Source of the DNA: Chthoniobacteraceae bacterium
GTDB taxonomy: Bacteria > Verrucomicrobiota > Verrucomicrobiia > Chthoniobacterales > Chthoniobacteraceae
Assembly: GCA_031409655.1 (NCBI GenBank)
Contig: JANNXQ010000090.1
Span: 1-55,994 of the forward strand
Direction of reading: 5' to 3'
DNA: 55,994 bases
Under the pieces are notes generated by a model. It ran no database searches, was not told the DNA's origin, and saw only the letters and a list, made by a program, of their open reading frames with translations. The translations under genes were made by a program, and so were the position numbers. Shown in pieces: positions 29,830 through 39,037 of this stretch; within the stretch, counting starts at the first letter, position 1; each line of letters opens with the position of its first letter.

Positions 29830-30552
29830 CTACTTCGCCGCTTTCGCGTAGCGGTCGCTGACGAAGTCCCAGTTCACCACGCTCTGGAAGGCCTTCACGT
29901 AATCGGCGCGGCGATTTTGGTACTTCAGGTAGTAGGCGTGCTCCCAGACATCGAGGCCGAGGATCGGCGTGCCGCCGCTGGAGATCGGCGAGTCCTGATT
30001 GGGCAGGGATTCGATGACGAGCTTGCCGTCGCGCACCACGAGCCACGCCCAGCCACTGCCAAAGACCTTCATCGCCGTCGCCGCAAAATCCTCGTGGAAC
30101 TTCTCCACGCTGGTGAAGCTTTTCTCGATCGCCTTCGCGAGTTCGCCCGTGGGTTTGCCGCCTTCGTTCTTCTTCAGCGATTGCCAGAAGAAGGTGTGAT
30201 TCGCGTGTCCACCTCCGTGATTCCGCACCGCGGTGCGGATGGCCTCGGGCACGGCGGAGAGATCCTTGAGAATATCTTCCACGGACTTCTTCCCGAGATC
30301 CGGCGCCTGGGCGATGGCCTCGTTCAGTTTGCTGACGTAGGCGGCGTGATGTTTGTCGTGGTGAATCTTCATCGTCTCCGCATCGATGTGCGGCTCGAGC
30401 GCGTCGTAGTCGTAGCCGAGCGGCGGGAGCTTGAAGACGCCTTCCGCCATGGGCGCGGGCGCAGGAGTCTGGGCGGACGAAACGCCGGCCTTCAGCGCGA
30501 GGGCGCCAGAGGTGAGGGCGAGGGTTTTGAGAGCAGTGCGGCGAGTGATCAT
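29830..30552 (-). CDS. sodA: Superoxide dismutase (Mn-type signature) with a Tat signal peptide
   Basis: TRRTALK Tat leader; [23 protein letters not shown] and DVWEHAYY. Confidence 0.92.
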   Translation of the reverse strand: MITRRTALKTLALTSGALALKAGVSSAQTPAPAPMAEGVFKLPPLGYDYDALEPHIDAETMKIHHDKHHAAYVSKLNEAIAQAPDLGKKSVEDILKDLSAVPEAIRTAVRNHGGGHANHTFFWQSLKKNEGGKPTGELAKAIEKSFTSVEKFHEDFAATAMKVFGSGWAWLVVRDGKLVIESLPNQDSPISSGGTPILGLDVWEHAYYLKYQNRRADYVKAFQSVVNWDFVSDRYAKAAK

Positions 30553-30625
30553 AGGAGTCAGTGGTGGTGGTTGAGGTGAAGGCGGAAAGCGCGGGCGAAG
30601 ATGGGACTGCGCGGATGCGGAATCG

Positions 30626-31309
30626 TTAGAGATCTTTCAAAAGGATGTCTTTGAATTCCACGACCATCGGCGGGCCGACATGGATCTGCAGGGCGAGGAG
30701 GCCGACGAGCGCGCGTCCGACGGGATCGTTGTCGGTCAGCGCGATGGTCTTGTGCCCATTCAGCCAATGCTCAATCTGCGTCCCGCGGGCCACGATGCGG
30801 TATTCGTTCCAGTCCTTTTCCTTGTAGTAGCCCTTGTCGATGAACTCCTGCCGGGACCCAAGCTGGCCAGTCACTTGCGGTTTCCCACCGGGCTGCATCT
30901 CCACGATCTCGCCGACGTTTGCGAGGAATTTGCGGCCCCTCTCCTCGTAGAGGAAACCGACTTTGCCCTGCTTGTTTTCGATCTCCGCCTGATAGCCGGA
31001 GAGGACGAATTTCCCGAGATCCTTGCTCCGGTATTGCACGCCGGAGTTTCCGTTTTGAATGCGGAAGCGCAGCTTGATCTCGAAGTCCTTCAGGATGCCA
31101 CCGCGCCAGATGAGGAAGGTGTTCTTAGTCGGGAGCGCCTGGAGCGTGGTCTCGCCGCGGATGACCCCGTCCTGCGCGCTCCAAAAGCGCGCGTCACCTT
31201 CCCACCCCGTCAGATCTTTGCCGTTGAAGAGCGGCTTAAAATCAGCCTCGGCGCGCAGGGCGGGAGCGACGGCCAGCAGTGCGAGGAGGACGAGCTGGGG
31301 GAAATTCAT
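30626..31309 (-). CDS. DUF1080 (3-keto-disaccharide hydrolase-like) secreted protein
   Basis: Start [34 protein letters not shown] and LQIH. Confidence 0.88.
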   Translation of the reverse strand: MNFPQLVLLALLAVAPALRAEADFKPLFNGKDLTGWEGDARFWSAQDGVIRGETTLQALPTKNTFLIWRGGILKDFEIKLRFRIQNGNSGVQYRSKDLGKFVLSGYQAEIENKQGKVGFLYEERGRKFLANVGEIVEMQPGGKPQVTGQLGSRQEFIDKGYYKEKDWNEYRIVARGTQIEHWLNGHKTIALTDNDPVGRALVGLLALQIHVGPPMVVEFKDILLKDL

Positions 31310-31749
31310 GCCGAACGTGTAGGCGCTGGTCTGGCCGTGGACAAGCTCCGCGCGCGCTCCAGCACGAAGAGCGCGGCGACGGCGGCGAGCATCGCGACAT
31401 CGCGCGCGAGGAGTTGCGGGAAGTGCGTCTGGATCGACTCCGCGGCGCGGAAACAGCCGCACGAGATATCCAGCCCGCGCGACCACGCGCTGATCAGCCC
31501 CGCGAGGAAGATCACGAGCATTCCACCAATGGCCGTGAGCGAGCCGAGATAGAGCCGTCCGGTGAGGACACCGAGCGCGGCGAAAATTTCCACCCACGGC
31601 AGATAGACGCCGAGGAGCAGCGTGGCATCCGGCGGCAGGAGATCGTAGGCTTGGATCGCTTGTACGAACTTCGGCGCATCCCACGCGTGCAGCGCCCCGG
31701 CGTAGAGGAAAATGCCCGCCAGCCCGAAGCGGAGCGTGAGGGTGATCAC
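31306..31749 (-). CDS. MauE/DoxX-family membrane protein
   Basis: Four hydrophobic segments, LPWVE and RGLDISCGCF. GTG start overlaps the upstream stop (GTGA). Confidence 0.85.
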   Translation of the reverse strand: MITLTLRFGLAGIFLYAGALHAWDAPKFVQAIQAYDLLPPDATLLLGVYLPWVEIFAALGVLTGRLYLGSLTAIGGMLVIFLAGLISAWSRGLDISCGCFRAAESIQTHFPQLLARDVAMLAAVAALFVLERARSLSTARPAPTRSA

Positions 31750-32156
31750 TCGGCGCGCCACGATTTCCAGCCTCCTTTCAAGACGTGGACGTTCTCGAGC
31801 TGCAACTCCGTGAGCAGGCGGCTCGCGACGGATTTGCTCGCCTGGCACCTGCCGCCTTCGCAATAGACGACGATCGGTTTGTCCGGATCCCACGCGTTGA
31901 GAAACTGGGCGACGAGTCCGTTCCACTCGTCTTCGTTGAGCAGCACGGCGCCGGCGATGTGACCCTGCTCAAACTCCGCCCGCGGCCGCGCATCGACCCA
32001 CAGCACCTGGTCGCCCCACGCGCGCACCTGCGCCGCTTCCACCTTCGGCACCGGGTCCGGCTGGTGCGTCTTCAGTTGCAGCACGCCGGCCAGGAGCGCC
32101 GGGACGAGCGCGAGCCCGAGCAGCGCGCAGAGCTGGCGGCAGGCGAGGGCGATCAT
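31746..32156 (-). CDS. Membrane-anchored rhodanese-like domain protein
   Basis: N-terminal TM segment; VDAR...FEQGHIAGA, VVYCEGGRC and LKGGW. Confidence 0.88.
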   Translation of the reverse strand: MIALACRQLCALLGLALVPALLAGVLQLKTHQPDPVPKVEAAQVRAWGDQVLWVDARPRAEFEQGHIAGAVLLNEDEWNGLVAQFLNAWDPDKPIVVYCEGGRCQASKSVASRLLTELQLENVHVLKGGWKSWRAE

Positions 32157-32800
32157 TTGATCCGCGCGTAGATCACGTAGCGCCGGGGTGCATCCGCCGG
32201 GAAGTCTGTCTCCACCGTGATCTCCGCGCTTTCCTTCCGGGTGGTGTCCGTGGGGCGGATCGAGATCGCATAGCTGCTGCCCGCCGCGAGCGTCACGAGT
32301 TTCGCCGCGATTTTCGGGTTGGAGGAAGTGATCGCTCTGACCCGCACCTGGCGCCCTGGCTCGACCGCAAAGCGCACGCTCTTCGCCTCCGCCGCCGCGC
32401 CCACGCGCCACCAGACCAGCTCGGGTTCGAGCTTCACGGCGTCTGCGATATTCACCCGCAGCGAGAGCACGGTCGGCGGCTGGCTGGCGTCGTCCGTGGT
32501 CGCCGTGACGCTCACGACGTGCAGTCCCCGGCGCCCGGCGATAGTGAATTTTGCGAGCACCTCGCCGCTTTCGCCCGGCGCGTAGTCGCGCTTCTTGAGC
32601 TGCGCCGCCGTGCAGCCGCACGAGGTCTTGAGCTTGGTGATTGCGATGGACGTGGAGCCGGTGTTCTTGAAAGCGAAGGCCGCCTCGACCGCGGGATCGC
32701 CCGGCGCGCGCTCAAAGCTCCGTGTGGTCTGCTCCCAGCGGAGCTGCGCGAAGCTTGCCGTCGTCGTGAGCAGGAGGAAGAGGAGTGGCCGGAAGGACAT
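32153..32800 (-). CDS. DUF1573-domain secreted Ig-like protein
   Basis: Signal peptide; F.FKNTG...I..LKTSCGCT...PGESG motif. Confidence 0.85.
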   Translation of the reverse strand: MSFRPLLFLLLTTTASFAQLRWEQTTRSFERAPGDPAVEAAFAFKNTGSTSIAITKLKTSCGCTAAQLKKRDYAPGESGEVLAKFTIAGRRGLHVVSVTATTDDASQPPTVLSLRVNIADAVKLEPELVWWRVGAAAEAKSVRFAVEPGRQVRVRAITSSNPKIAAKLVTLAAGSSYAISIRPTDTTRKESAEITVETDFPADAPRRYVIYARIK

Positions 32801-32854
32801 CAGACTTTCGTATCCGCCGCCCGCACGCGTGTCCACCTCGCCACTGGCTGCGCG

Positions 32855-33817
32855 TCAGGGGAGCAGCACGATCTTCCCGAGCGCACCGGGGGACATCACG
32901 GCGCGGTGCGCGCGCGGGGCTTCGGCGGGCGGGATTTCCTGGGCGATGATCGGGCGCAAGCGGCCCGCCTCCAGGCCGGCGATCAGCGCAGCGTGAATCG
33001 CGGCGACGTCTGCTGCGGGTGCATTCGCGAGTACCATGCCGCGGATGTCGGCTTCGCGGAGCATCGTGTCGCGCGGGTCGATCTCCACCTTGCCGCGACT
33101 GCCGATCACCACCACGCGCCCGCCGCGCGCGAGCGCTTTCAAGTCCTTGCCGAGATTTTCGTTGGCGAGCAATTCGATGATCACGTCCACGCCGCGATCC
33201 CCAGTGCGCCCGAGGATCTCCGTCAGGTAATCCGGCGCATGATGATCGAAGACCTCGTGCGCGCCCTGTTCACGCACGAGTTGCCGGCCCGGCTCGGTTC
33301 CGGCGGTGCCGAAAACCGTGAGCCCGTGCGCCCGCGCGATCTGCACGGCGGCGGTCCCCACTCCGCCGCTGGCGCCATGGATGAGCACCGTCTCGCCAGC
33401 CACCGCCTGCCCACGCTGCACCAGCCCGCGGTAGGCCGTGGCGTAGGCCGTGCCGAGCGCGGCTCCCTGGGAAAATGTGACCCGCTCCGGCAGCCGATGG
33501 ACCTGCGCGATTTCGCAGAGCGCAAAATCCGCATACGTGCCGCTCGGTGAACCCGAAGTGTACACGCGATCCCCCGGCTGAAACTCGCGCACCTCAGCGC
33601 CCACGGCCTCGATGACCCCCGCGGCATCCGAGCCCGGCGTGTAAGGCAGCGCCGGCAGCCGTGCGTATTTCCCCGATCGGATGTACGTCTCCACCGGATT
33701 CACCCCGGCAGCTTTCACCCGGATCAGGATCTGGCCGGCCGTCGGCACCGGCGTCGGCACTTCCTGCCACTCCATCTCTTCAGGTTCCCCAAATTGCGTG
33801 ACGCGGATTGCTTTCAT
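32855..33817 (-). CDS. NADPH:quinone reductase (zeta-crystallin/MDR family)
   Basis: MKAIRV, GVNPVE, PGSDAAG and HGASGGVG. Confidence 0.92.
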   Translation of the reverse strand: MKAIRVTQFGEPEEMEWQEVPTPVPTAGQILIRVKAAGVNPVETYIRSGKYARLPALPYTPGSDAAGVIEAVGAEVREFQPGDRVYTSGSPSGTYADFALCEIAQVHRLPERVTFSQGAALGTAYATAYRGLVQRGQAVAGETVLIHGASGGVGTAAVQIARAHGLTVFGTAGTEPGRQLVREQGAHEVFDHHAPDYLTEILGRTGDRGVDVIIELLANENLGKDLKALARGGRVVVIGSRGKVEIDPRDTMLREADIRGMVLANAPAADVAAIHAALIAGLEAGRLRPIIAQEIPPAEAPRAHRAVMSPGALGKIVLLP

Positions 33818-34092
33818 GGGTGCGTTTTTTCCGAGCTTTTCAAAAGCCGGCAGCCACCCGCCACTCAATTCGCGGATGGACTTCCGGCTTCGCGCGATCC
33901 TCCTCGGTTTGCCGATCCGCGCTCCTGCTTTCCCAAAGCGCCCCCAGCCCTCCCCGGCAGACCTTCAGGCAAGGACCAACGAACTGCTCCGAGTGGTATT
34001 AAGATAAGACATCGGATGGATGAATGGACCATGCTCCAGCGTGCGCCGGAGACTGGGCACTCCGCACCGGCACGTGGCTCGACTGATCAAAC

Positions 34093-34237
34093 CTGTCATT
34101 CCGAGCGGAGTCGAGGAACCTAACGCTCATGCGGGCAGCGGCGGTGCGGAGCCTTTCGCGCGGTCAAGCTCCGCGCCGCCGCTGCCCGCGGAGATCGGAG
34201 GTTCCTCGACTCCGCTCCGCTCCGCTCGGAATGACAG
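34093..34237. mobile_element. Long palindromic MITE/REP-like element
   Basis: Terminal inverted repeats ctgtcattccgagcggagtcgaggaacct / aggttcctcgactccgct(ccgctccgct)cggaatgacag enclose an inner stem gcgggcagcggcgg / ccgccgctgcccgc. Confidence 0.75.
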
Positions 34238-34596
34238 CACCTTTCCCGACGCTCCCCTTTGCCCCATGCGCACTCACCATCTGCGGGCTTATCTTGATGC
34301 CATTCGGAACTGCTCCCAAAGGTGCAACTCACCTTTCCGTGAGCCCGGCCTTTCCCGACTGCCTCGCTCCCGCACCGGCGCCCCGCGCCGCGTCTCCACG
34401 CCGGCGGCAAGGTCCGGCATCTCCGCGTGCGTCGGCGGATCGCTGGAGGTGCCGGTGTGGGGCTCCAGCCCGTGCGGATGCGGCGCCGTCCCCGCGCTTG
34501 TTTCCACGGGTTGCGCAGCCGACACGTCTTCTGTTGACGCTGGCGGCGGCAGCCGGGGTTTGCCTTCCGCAGGTGAGACGCATAGAAGCGACGGAC

Positions 34597-37578
34597 ATGG
34601 CTGGCCGTAAGCAGACTTCCACCGCACCCTCGGGGCGCTCTCCCGCGCCAGCCACGGAGGCGGACGTGCGGGTGCGGGTGCTGAAAGGGCACAAGGCCAG
34701 TGTCTTGCGCGTGGCGATGCCGGAGGACGGGCGCTTCGCGCTCACGAGCAGCGGCGATGGCACGGTGCGCCGATGGGCGCTGGCGGAGGACGGGACGGAG
34801 GGGGAGATCGTGTGCGGGGGGAAGGCGTTTGTGGGCCTCGCGGTGACGGCGGATGGCAGCCGCGCGGCGGCGGGGGATGCGGAAGGAACCATCCGCGTCA
34901 TCGATCTCTCCACCGCTCGTGTGCTACGCGAGTGGAAAGGCCATCGCGAGCGGGTGGGCAATGTGGCCTTTCATGCCGGTGGCCGAGAGTTGCTGAGCGC
35001 AGCGGAGGACGGCTATCTCCGCCGCTGGAATGCGGACACCGGTGACAACAGCGCGCAGTGCAGGGTGCCGGAGGGAATGCTCTACGGTGTCGCGGCATCG
35101 GTGGATGGCAGCCGGATCGTCGGTGCGGCTTTGCATGAAGGGCTGGCTCTCTGGTCCGGGCGCGAAGGCGCGAAGCCGGTCATTTTCAAAGAGAGTGTCG
35201 CCATGCAGTCCCCCGTGAGCCTGCCCGCCGATGGCCGCTTCGCCTTTACCGGCACTGGCGATGGCAAGGTGGCGAAATGGGACCTCACCGAGGGCCGCCG
35301 CGTCGCGGCCTTCGAAGGGCACAGCGGCCAGGTGCATACCGTGGCGGTGACGCCCGATGGGCGCTTCTGCGTCTCGGGTGGCGCCGACAAGACCGTGCGC
35401 CTCTGGGCGGCGGAGACCGGCGAGTGCCTCGCCGTTTTGCGCGGTCACGCGGGCTTTGTGTATGGAATCGCCATCACCCCCGATGCCCGCCGCATCGCCT
35501 CGGTCGGTAGCGACAAAACCCTCCGCGTCTGGGACATCCCCGCGCCGATCCTGGCCCGTGCGGCCATTTCTCGGAAGCGCGGGTATGTGAATGCTAAGGT
35601 GGTGCTGCTGGGCGAGTCGAGGGTTGGTAAGACTGGCATCGCCAACCGGATCTGGCACGACACCTGGAAAGTCACCGACAGCACGCACGGAATGGAAGTT
35701 CGGCGCGTGCCGCTCAGCGGGACGAGTGAACATCCCGAGATTGAACGGGAGATGTGGCTTTGGGATCTTGCCGGTCAGCCCGAATATCGTCTCACCCATC
35801 AACTCTTCATGGAGCAGACCGCGCTTGCCGTGGTCGTTGTGGACCGGCAGCGTGATGATCTTTTTTCCTCCGGCAAGTATTGGCAGCAAGCGCTGGGCAA
35901 AGTGGCAAACACGGCAGACAGGCCGTATATCCTCGTGGCGGGGAGATGTGACGAGCCCGGGCAACGCTGCACCGTCGAGGAAATGAAAGCGTGGGCTGTG
36001 CAAAATGGATTTCACGGCCCCATCCTCACTGCCGCGAAGGACGGCAAACACCCTGGCGTGGCGGAACTGCGCGCGCTCATCGAGGAGCTGCTGCCGTGGG
36101 ACAAGCTGGAATTCCGCAGCACGCAGGAAAACTTCCCCGCCCTGAAGGACGCCGCCCTCGCCGTGCGCGAGGCGCAAGACCCCGGCGGCGTGGTGGTGAA
36201 GCCCGCCGAACTCGAAGCCCGCGTGCGCCAGGTCGCACCGCACCTCACTTTCACCCCGGAAGATCTCCGCGCCGTGACGGGTCTGCTCGCCGGCGAAGGC
36301 GTGCTTCACGCGCTACCCTACGGCGACCTCGTGGTGCTCCAGCCGAGCTGGGTGAATTGCTACGCATCCACGCTCGTGAAGCTGGCCGGTGAAGCCGCCA
36401 ACAAACTCGGCCACGTCGCGCTGGCGACCATCCAGCCGGGCAAACTTCCCATCGACGGTACGCCACGGCTGAGCGGGGAAGACGAAGCGCAACTCTTGCC
36501 CGCACTGGTGGCGCTCTTTCTGGAACGGGCGCTCGCCTGGAAGCAGGAGACGGACAAAGGGACGATGCTCGTCTTCCCGAACTACGTGCGCCTGCCCCGC
36601 CCGACGCCGCCGCCGCGTCCCGGACGGACGGTGGTGTATCGCTTCACCGGCCCGCTGGAGGAGATCTACTGCACGCTGGTGGTGCGCCTGCACTACAGCG
36701 GGCTCTTTTGCGAAACGAAGCTCTACCGGCAGGCCGCGGACTTCCGCACCATCACGGACAAACTTGCCGCGCTGACCCTGCGGGAAAGCGGCGAGCGCGG
36801 GGAGCTGGACGTGTATTTCGGCGACAAGCTCGACGCGGATGTGCAAGCGGCCTTCCAGCAATTCGTCCACGAGCACCTCACCGCCAAGGCGACGGACGTG
36901 GAGCGGCTGCGGAATTATTTTTGCCCGAAACCGAAGTGCGGGAAAGAGGCGCTGGATCGCGCCGCCATCGACGCCGCGCGGGCCAAGACGAAGACCGGCG
37001 CGAAGATTTTCTGCGCTCAGTGTGGAGGGGCCATCCTGCTCGATGACGTGCTGGAGCAGCAATTCATCAGCAAGGAAGGCGGCGAAAAAGCAGATGAAGC
37101 TGGGCGCACGGCGGGCGAGAAACAGAACACCGCGTCCATGGAGCAAGTGATGGTCGGCGAAGTGATGGCGCTCGTCGGTGAGGCCGATCAAATCTACCGC
37201 ATCCAAGCCGAGCCCGACGAAGGCGTGGACGGCGAGATCGAGTTCCGCGACACCAAGAAGAAGGCGACCGGCATCACCTTCCGCGTGCAACTCAAGTCCG
37301 GCGACTCGCATCTGAAGCCGCGCCAGGACGGCAGCGAGGTCTTCGCGATGAAGAAGCACTACGAGGGCTATTGGGCGGGAAAAGGGAAGGTGCCGGTGCT
37401 GCTCATCATCCGCACCAGCGATGGGCGCCTTCGCTTCATGAACGCCACCGCCGCCATCCGCGCCGCGCAGAAAAAATCGCCCGGCAAATCCGTGAAACAA
37501 CTCGTCTTCACCGGCGAGGATTTCACCAGGGAAGCGGTGCTCCGGCTTCGGGACGAACGCCTGCCGCGGGCAAAGTAG
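34597..37578 (+). CDS. WD40 repeat - Roc GTPase - COR-like - Zn ribbon - DUF4365-like PD-(D/E)xK nuclease protein
   Basis: About 7 GH...W[DA] WD40 repeats. KVVLLGESRVGKT (G1), STHG (G2), WDLAGQPEY (G3). CPKPKC...CAQC. PDEGVDGEIEF...VQLKSG. Confidence 0.88.
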   Translation: MAGRKQTSTAPSGRSPAPATEADVRVRVLKGHKASVLRVAMPEDGRFALTSSGDGTVRRWALAEDGTEGEIVCGGKAFVGLAVTADGSRAAAGDAEGTIRVIDLSTARVLREWKGHRERVGNVAFHAGGRELLSAAEDGYLRRWNADTGDNSAQCRVPEGMLYGVAASVDGSRIVGAALHEGLALWSGREGAKPVIFKESVAMQSPVSLPADGRFAFTGTGDGKVAKWDLTEGRRVAAFEGHSGQVHTVAVTPDGRFCVSGGADKTVRLWAAETGECLAVLRGHAGFVYGIAITPDARRIASVGSDKTLRVWDIPAPILARAAISRKRGYVNAKVVLLGESRVGKTGIANRIWHDTWKVTDSTHGMEVRRVPLSGTSEHPEIEREMWLWDLAGQPEYRLTHQLFMEQTALAVVVVDRQRDDLFSSGKYWQQALGKVANTADRPYILVAGRCDEPGQRCTVEEMKAWAVQNGFHGPILTAAKDGKHPGVAELRALIEELLPWDKLEFRSTQENFPALKDAALAVREAQDPGGVVVKPAELEARVRQVAPHLTFTPEDLRAVTGLLAGEGVLHALPYGDLVVLQPSWVNCYASTLVKLAGEAANKLGHVALATIQPGKLPIDGTPRLSGEDEAQLLPALVALFLERALAWKQETDKGTMLVFPNYVRLPRPTPPPRPGRTVVYRFTGPLEEIYCTLVVRLHYSGLFCETKLYRQAADFRTITDKLAALTLRESGERGELDVYFGDKLDADVQAAFQQFVHEHLTAKATDVERLRNYFCPKPKCGKEALDRAAIDAARAKTKTGAKIFCAQCGGAILLDDVLEQQFISKEGGEKADEAGRTAGEKQNTASMEQVMVGEVMALVGEADQIYRIQAEPDEGVDGEIEFRDTKKKATGITFRVQLKSGDSHLKPRQDGSEVFAMKKHYEGYWAGKGKVPVLLIIRTSDGRLRFMNATAAIRAAQKKSPGKSVKQLVFTGEDFTREAVLRLRDERLPRAK

Positions 37579-37606
37579 CGTCACGGAAAGAAGGATTCAG
37601 GGCGGT

Positions 37607-37690
37607 GGAGGCGGGAGTGGCGCTACTGGAGGCAGGAGTGCCTCTACTGGCGGAGGGAGTGGCGCTACTGGGGGCGGGAGCGACGTCACG
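37607..37690. repeat. Degenerate 21-bp tandem repeat (about 4 copies)
   Basis: ggaggcgggagtggcgctact / ggaggcaggagtgcctctact / ggcggagggagtggcgctact / gggggcgggagcgacgtcacg. Confidence 0.75.
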
Positions 37691-37804
37691 GGCGGCCGGA
37701 GGAAAATCCCGCGAAGGAGGAGCCAGTCATCGGCTTCCCCGGGCCTGGGTATCGGAGATGGGAGCCGGGTTCCGGAGCTCGTCCGCCGTCTGGGCGGGGA
37801 GGGC

Positions 37805-38177
37805 TCAGCGGCGCTTCTCGATCTCGCTCTGGAGGAGGGCGCCGGGGCAGTTCGACTCCGCGACTTCGCGGTGGGTGTAGAGCGCGGTGCGGGGCAGGCG
37901 ATGCTTTGCGCGCGCATAGGCGAGGAGGCGATCCAGGGCCTGCAGGGCGGCGGGAGTGGGCGGCGTCGATCTCGGCCTGGGTGTGCGGTAAGGGCTGCCG
38001 CTGCTCGCTGGCGGCGGCATTGGCCTGGGCCTTTTCCGCGCGGATGTCGTCGCGGAGTTCCGCGCGCTTTTCCTCCAGGGTGCGAAATTCCCCGAGCAGG
38101 GAGATGCACAAGTGGCCGTCGCGACCGGTGGCGGGAGGGTCAGTCCGTGCATAAGTGCAGAAAGGGAGAAGCAGCAC
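37805..38177 (-). pseudogene. Frameshifted, 5'-truncated N-acetylmuramoyl-L-alanine amidase (Amidase_2)-like remnant
   Basis: HLCISLLGEF lies in one frame; PTPAALQALDRLL...YTHREVAESNCPG lies in another, with the switch near 37965. No N-terminal IxxHH motif was found. Confidence 0.55.
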
Positions 38178-38254
38178 TCTCGCGCCGGTTTCTACTGGAG
38201 GTGAGGATGCCGCTGCTCGTCGGTGGCGCGTCCCACCGGCGTTGACAAAACTCC

Positions 38255-39037
38255 CTACGGGATCTCCAGTTCGGCCCGGCTGTAGAGGGCGCAGCGGCCG
38301 CCGATGCCGACACGCGCGCCGCGGTCTTCACAGAAAAGCTCGCCGCCGCGCAGGGAGAGCTGGCGGGCGTGGAGCTTCGTTTTGCCGAGGCGCTGGCTCC
38401 AGAAGGGGATGAGGGTGCAGTGTGCGGAGCCGGTCACGGGGTCTTCCGGGATGCCGGCGCCGGGGGCGAAAAAGCGGGAGACAAAATCGCAGTCGCGGCC
38501 TGGTGCGGTGACGATGAGTCCGAGGCAATCCAGCCGCGCGAGTTGCGCCATGTCGGGCTTGAGGCCGGCGATTTCATCGGCATCGGCGAAGACCGCGAGG
38601 TAGTCGCGCGTCTTCAGCACTTCGCGCGGGATCCAGCCGAGGCCATCCGCCAGCGCCGCGGGGACGCCAGTCGGCTCCGCTTTCCACGCGGGGAAATCCA
38701 GGACCACGACTTCGCCATCTTGAGCCGCGCCCATCACGCCGCCCTGGGTGTGAAAGTGGATCTGCGGCGCGGCCACCTTGTGCTCGTGAAAGAGGACATG
38801 CGCGGCGGCGAGCGTGGCGTGGCCGCAGAGGTCCACCTCCACCGTGGGCGTGAACCAGCGCAGTTCCCAATCCTCACCGTGCGGCACGACGAAGGCGGTT
38901 TCGGAAAGGTTGTTCTCGCCGGCGATCCGCTTCAGCACTGGATCGGGCAGCCAGCTTTCCAGCAGGCACACGCCCGCCGGATTGCCACTGAAGACGTGGT
39001 CGGTAAAGGCATCGACCTGATAGTAGGGGATTCGCAT
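38255..39037 (-). CDS. PhzF-family isomerase/epimerase-like protein
   Basis: QVDAF...GNPAGV, NLSETAF, EVDLCGHATLA and EDPVTGSAHC. Confidence 0.93.
   Translation of the reverse strand: MRIPYYQVDAFTDHVFSGNPAGVCLLESWLPDPVLKRIAGENNLSETAFVVPHGEDWELRWFTPTVEVDLCGHATLAAAHVLFHEHKVAAPQIHFHTQGGVMGAAQDGEVVVLDFPAWKAEPTGVPAALADGLGWIPREVLKTRDYLAVFADADEIAGLKPDMAQLARLDCLGLIVTAPGRDCDFVSRFFAPGAGIPEDPVTGSAHCTLIPFWSQRLGKTKLHARQLSLRGGELFCEDRGARVGIGGRCALYSRAELEIP

Noticed and set aside
34129..34596. N-terminal 156 aa of the 1149-aa ORF
   Set aside because: Runs through the palindromic element and is low-complexity; the ATG at 34597 just before the WD40 repeats is more plausible.
37607..37690. Possible CRISPR array
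   Set aside because: The repeats are directly adjacent, with no unique spacers and no cas genes.
38255..39037. Phenazine biosynthesis cluster
   Set aside because: No other phz genes are present; stand-alone PhzF-like genes are widespread.
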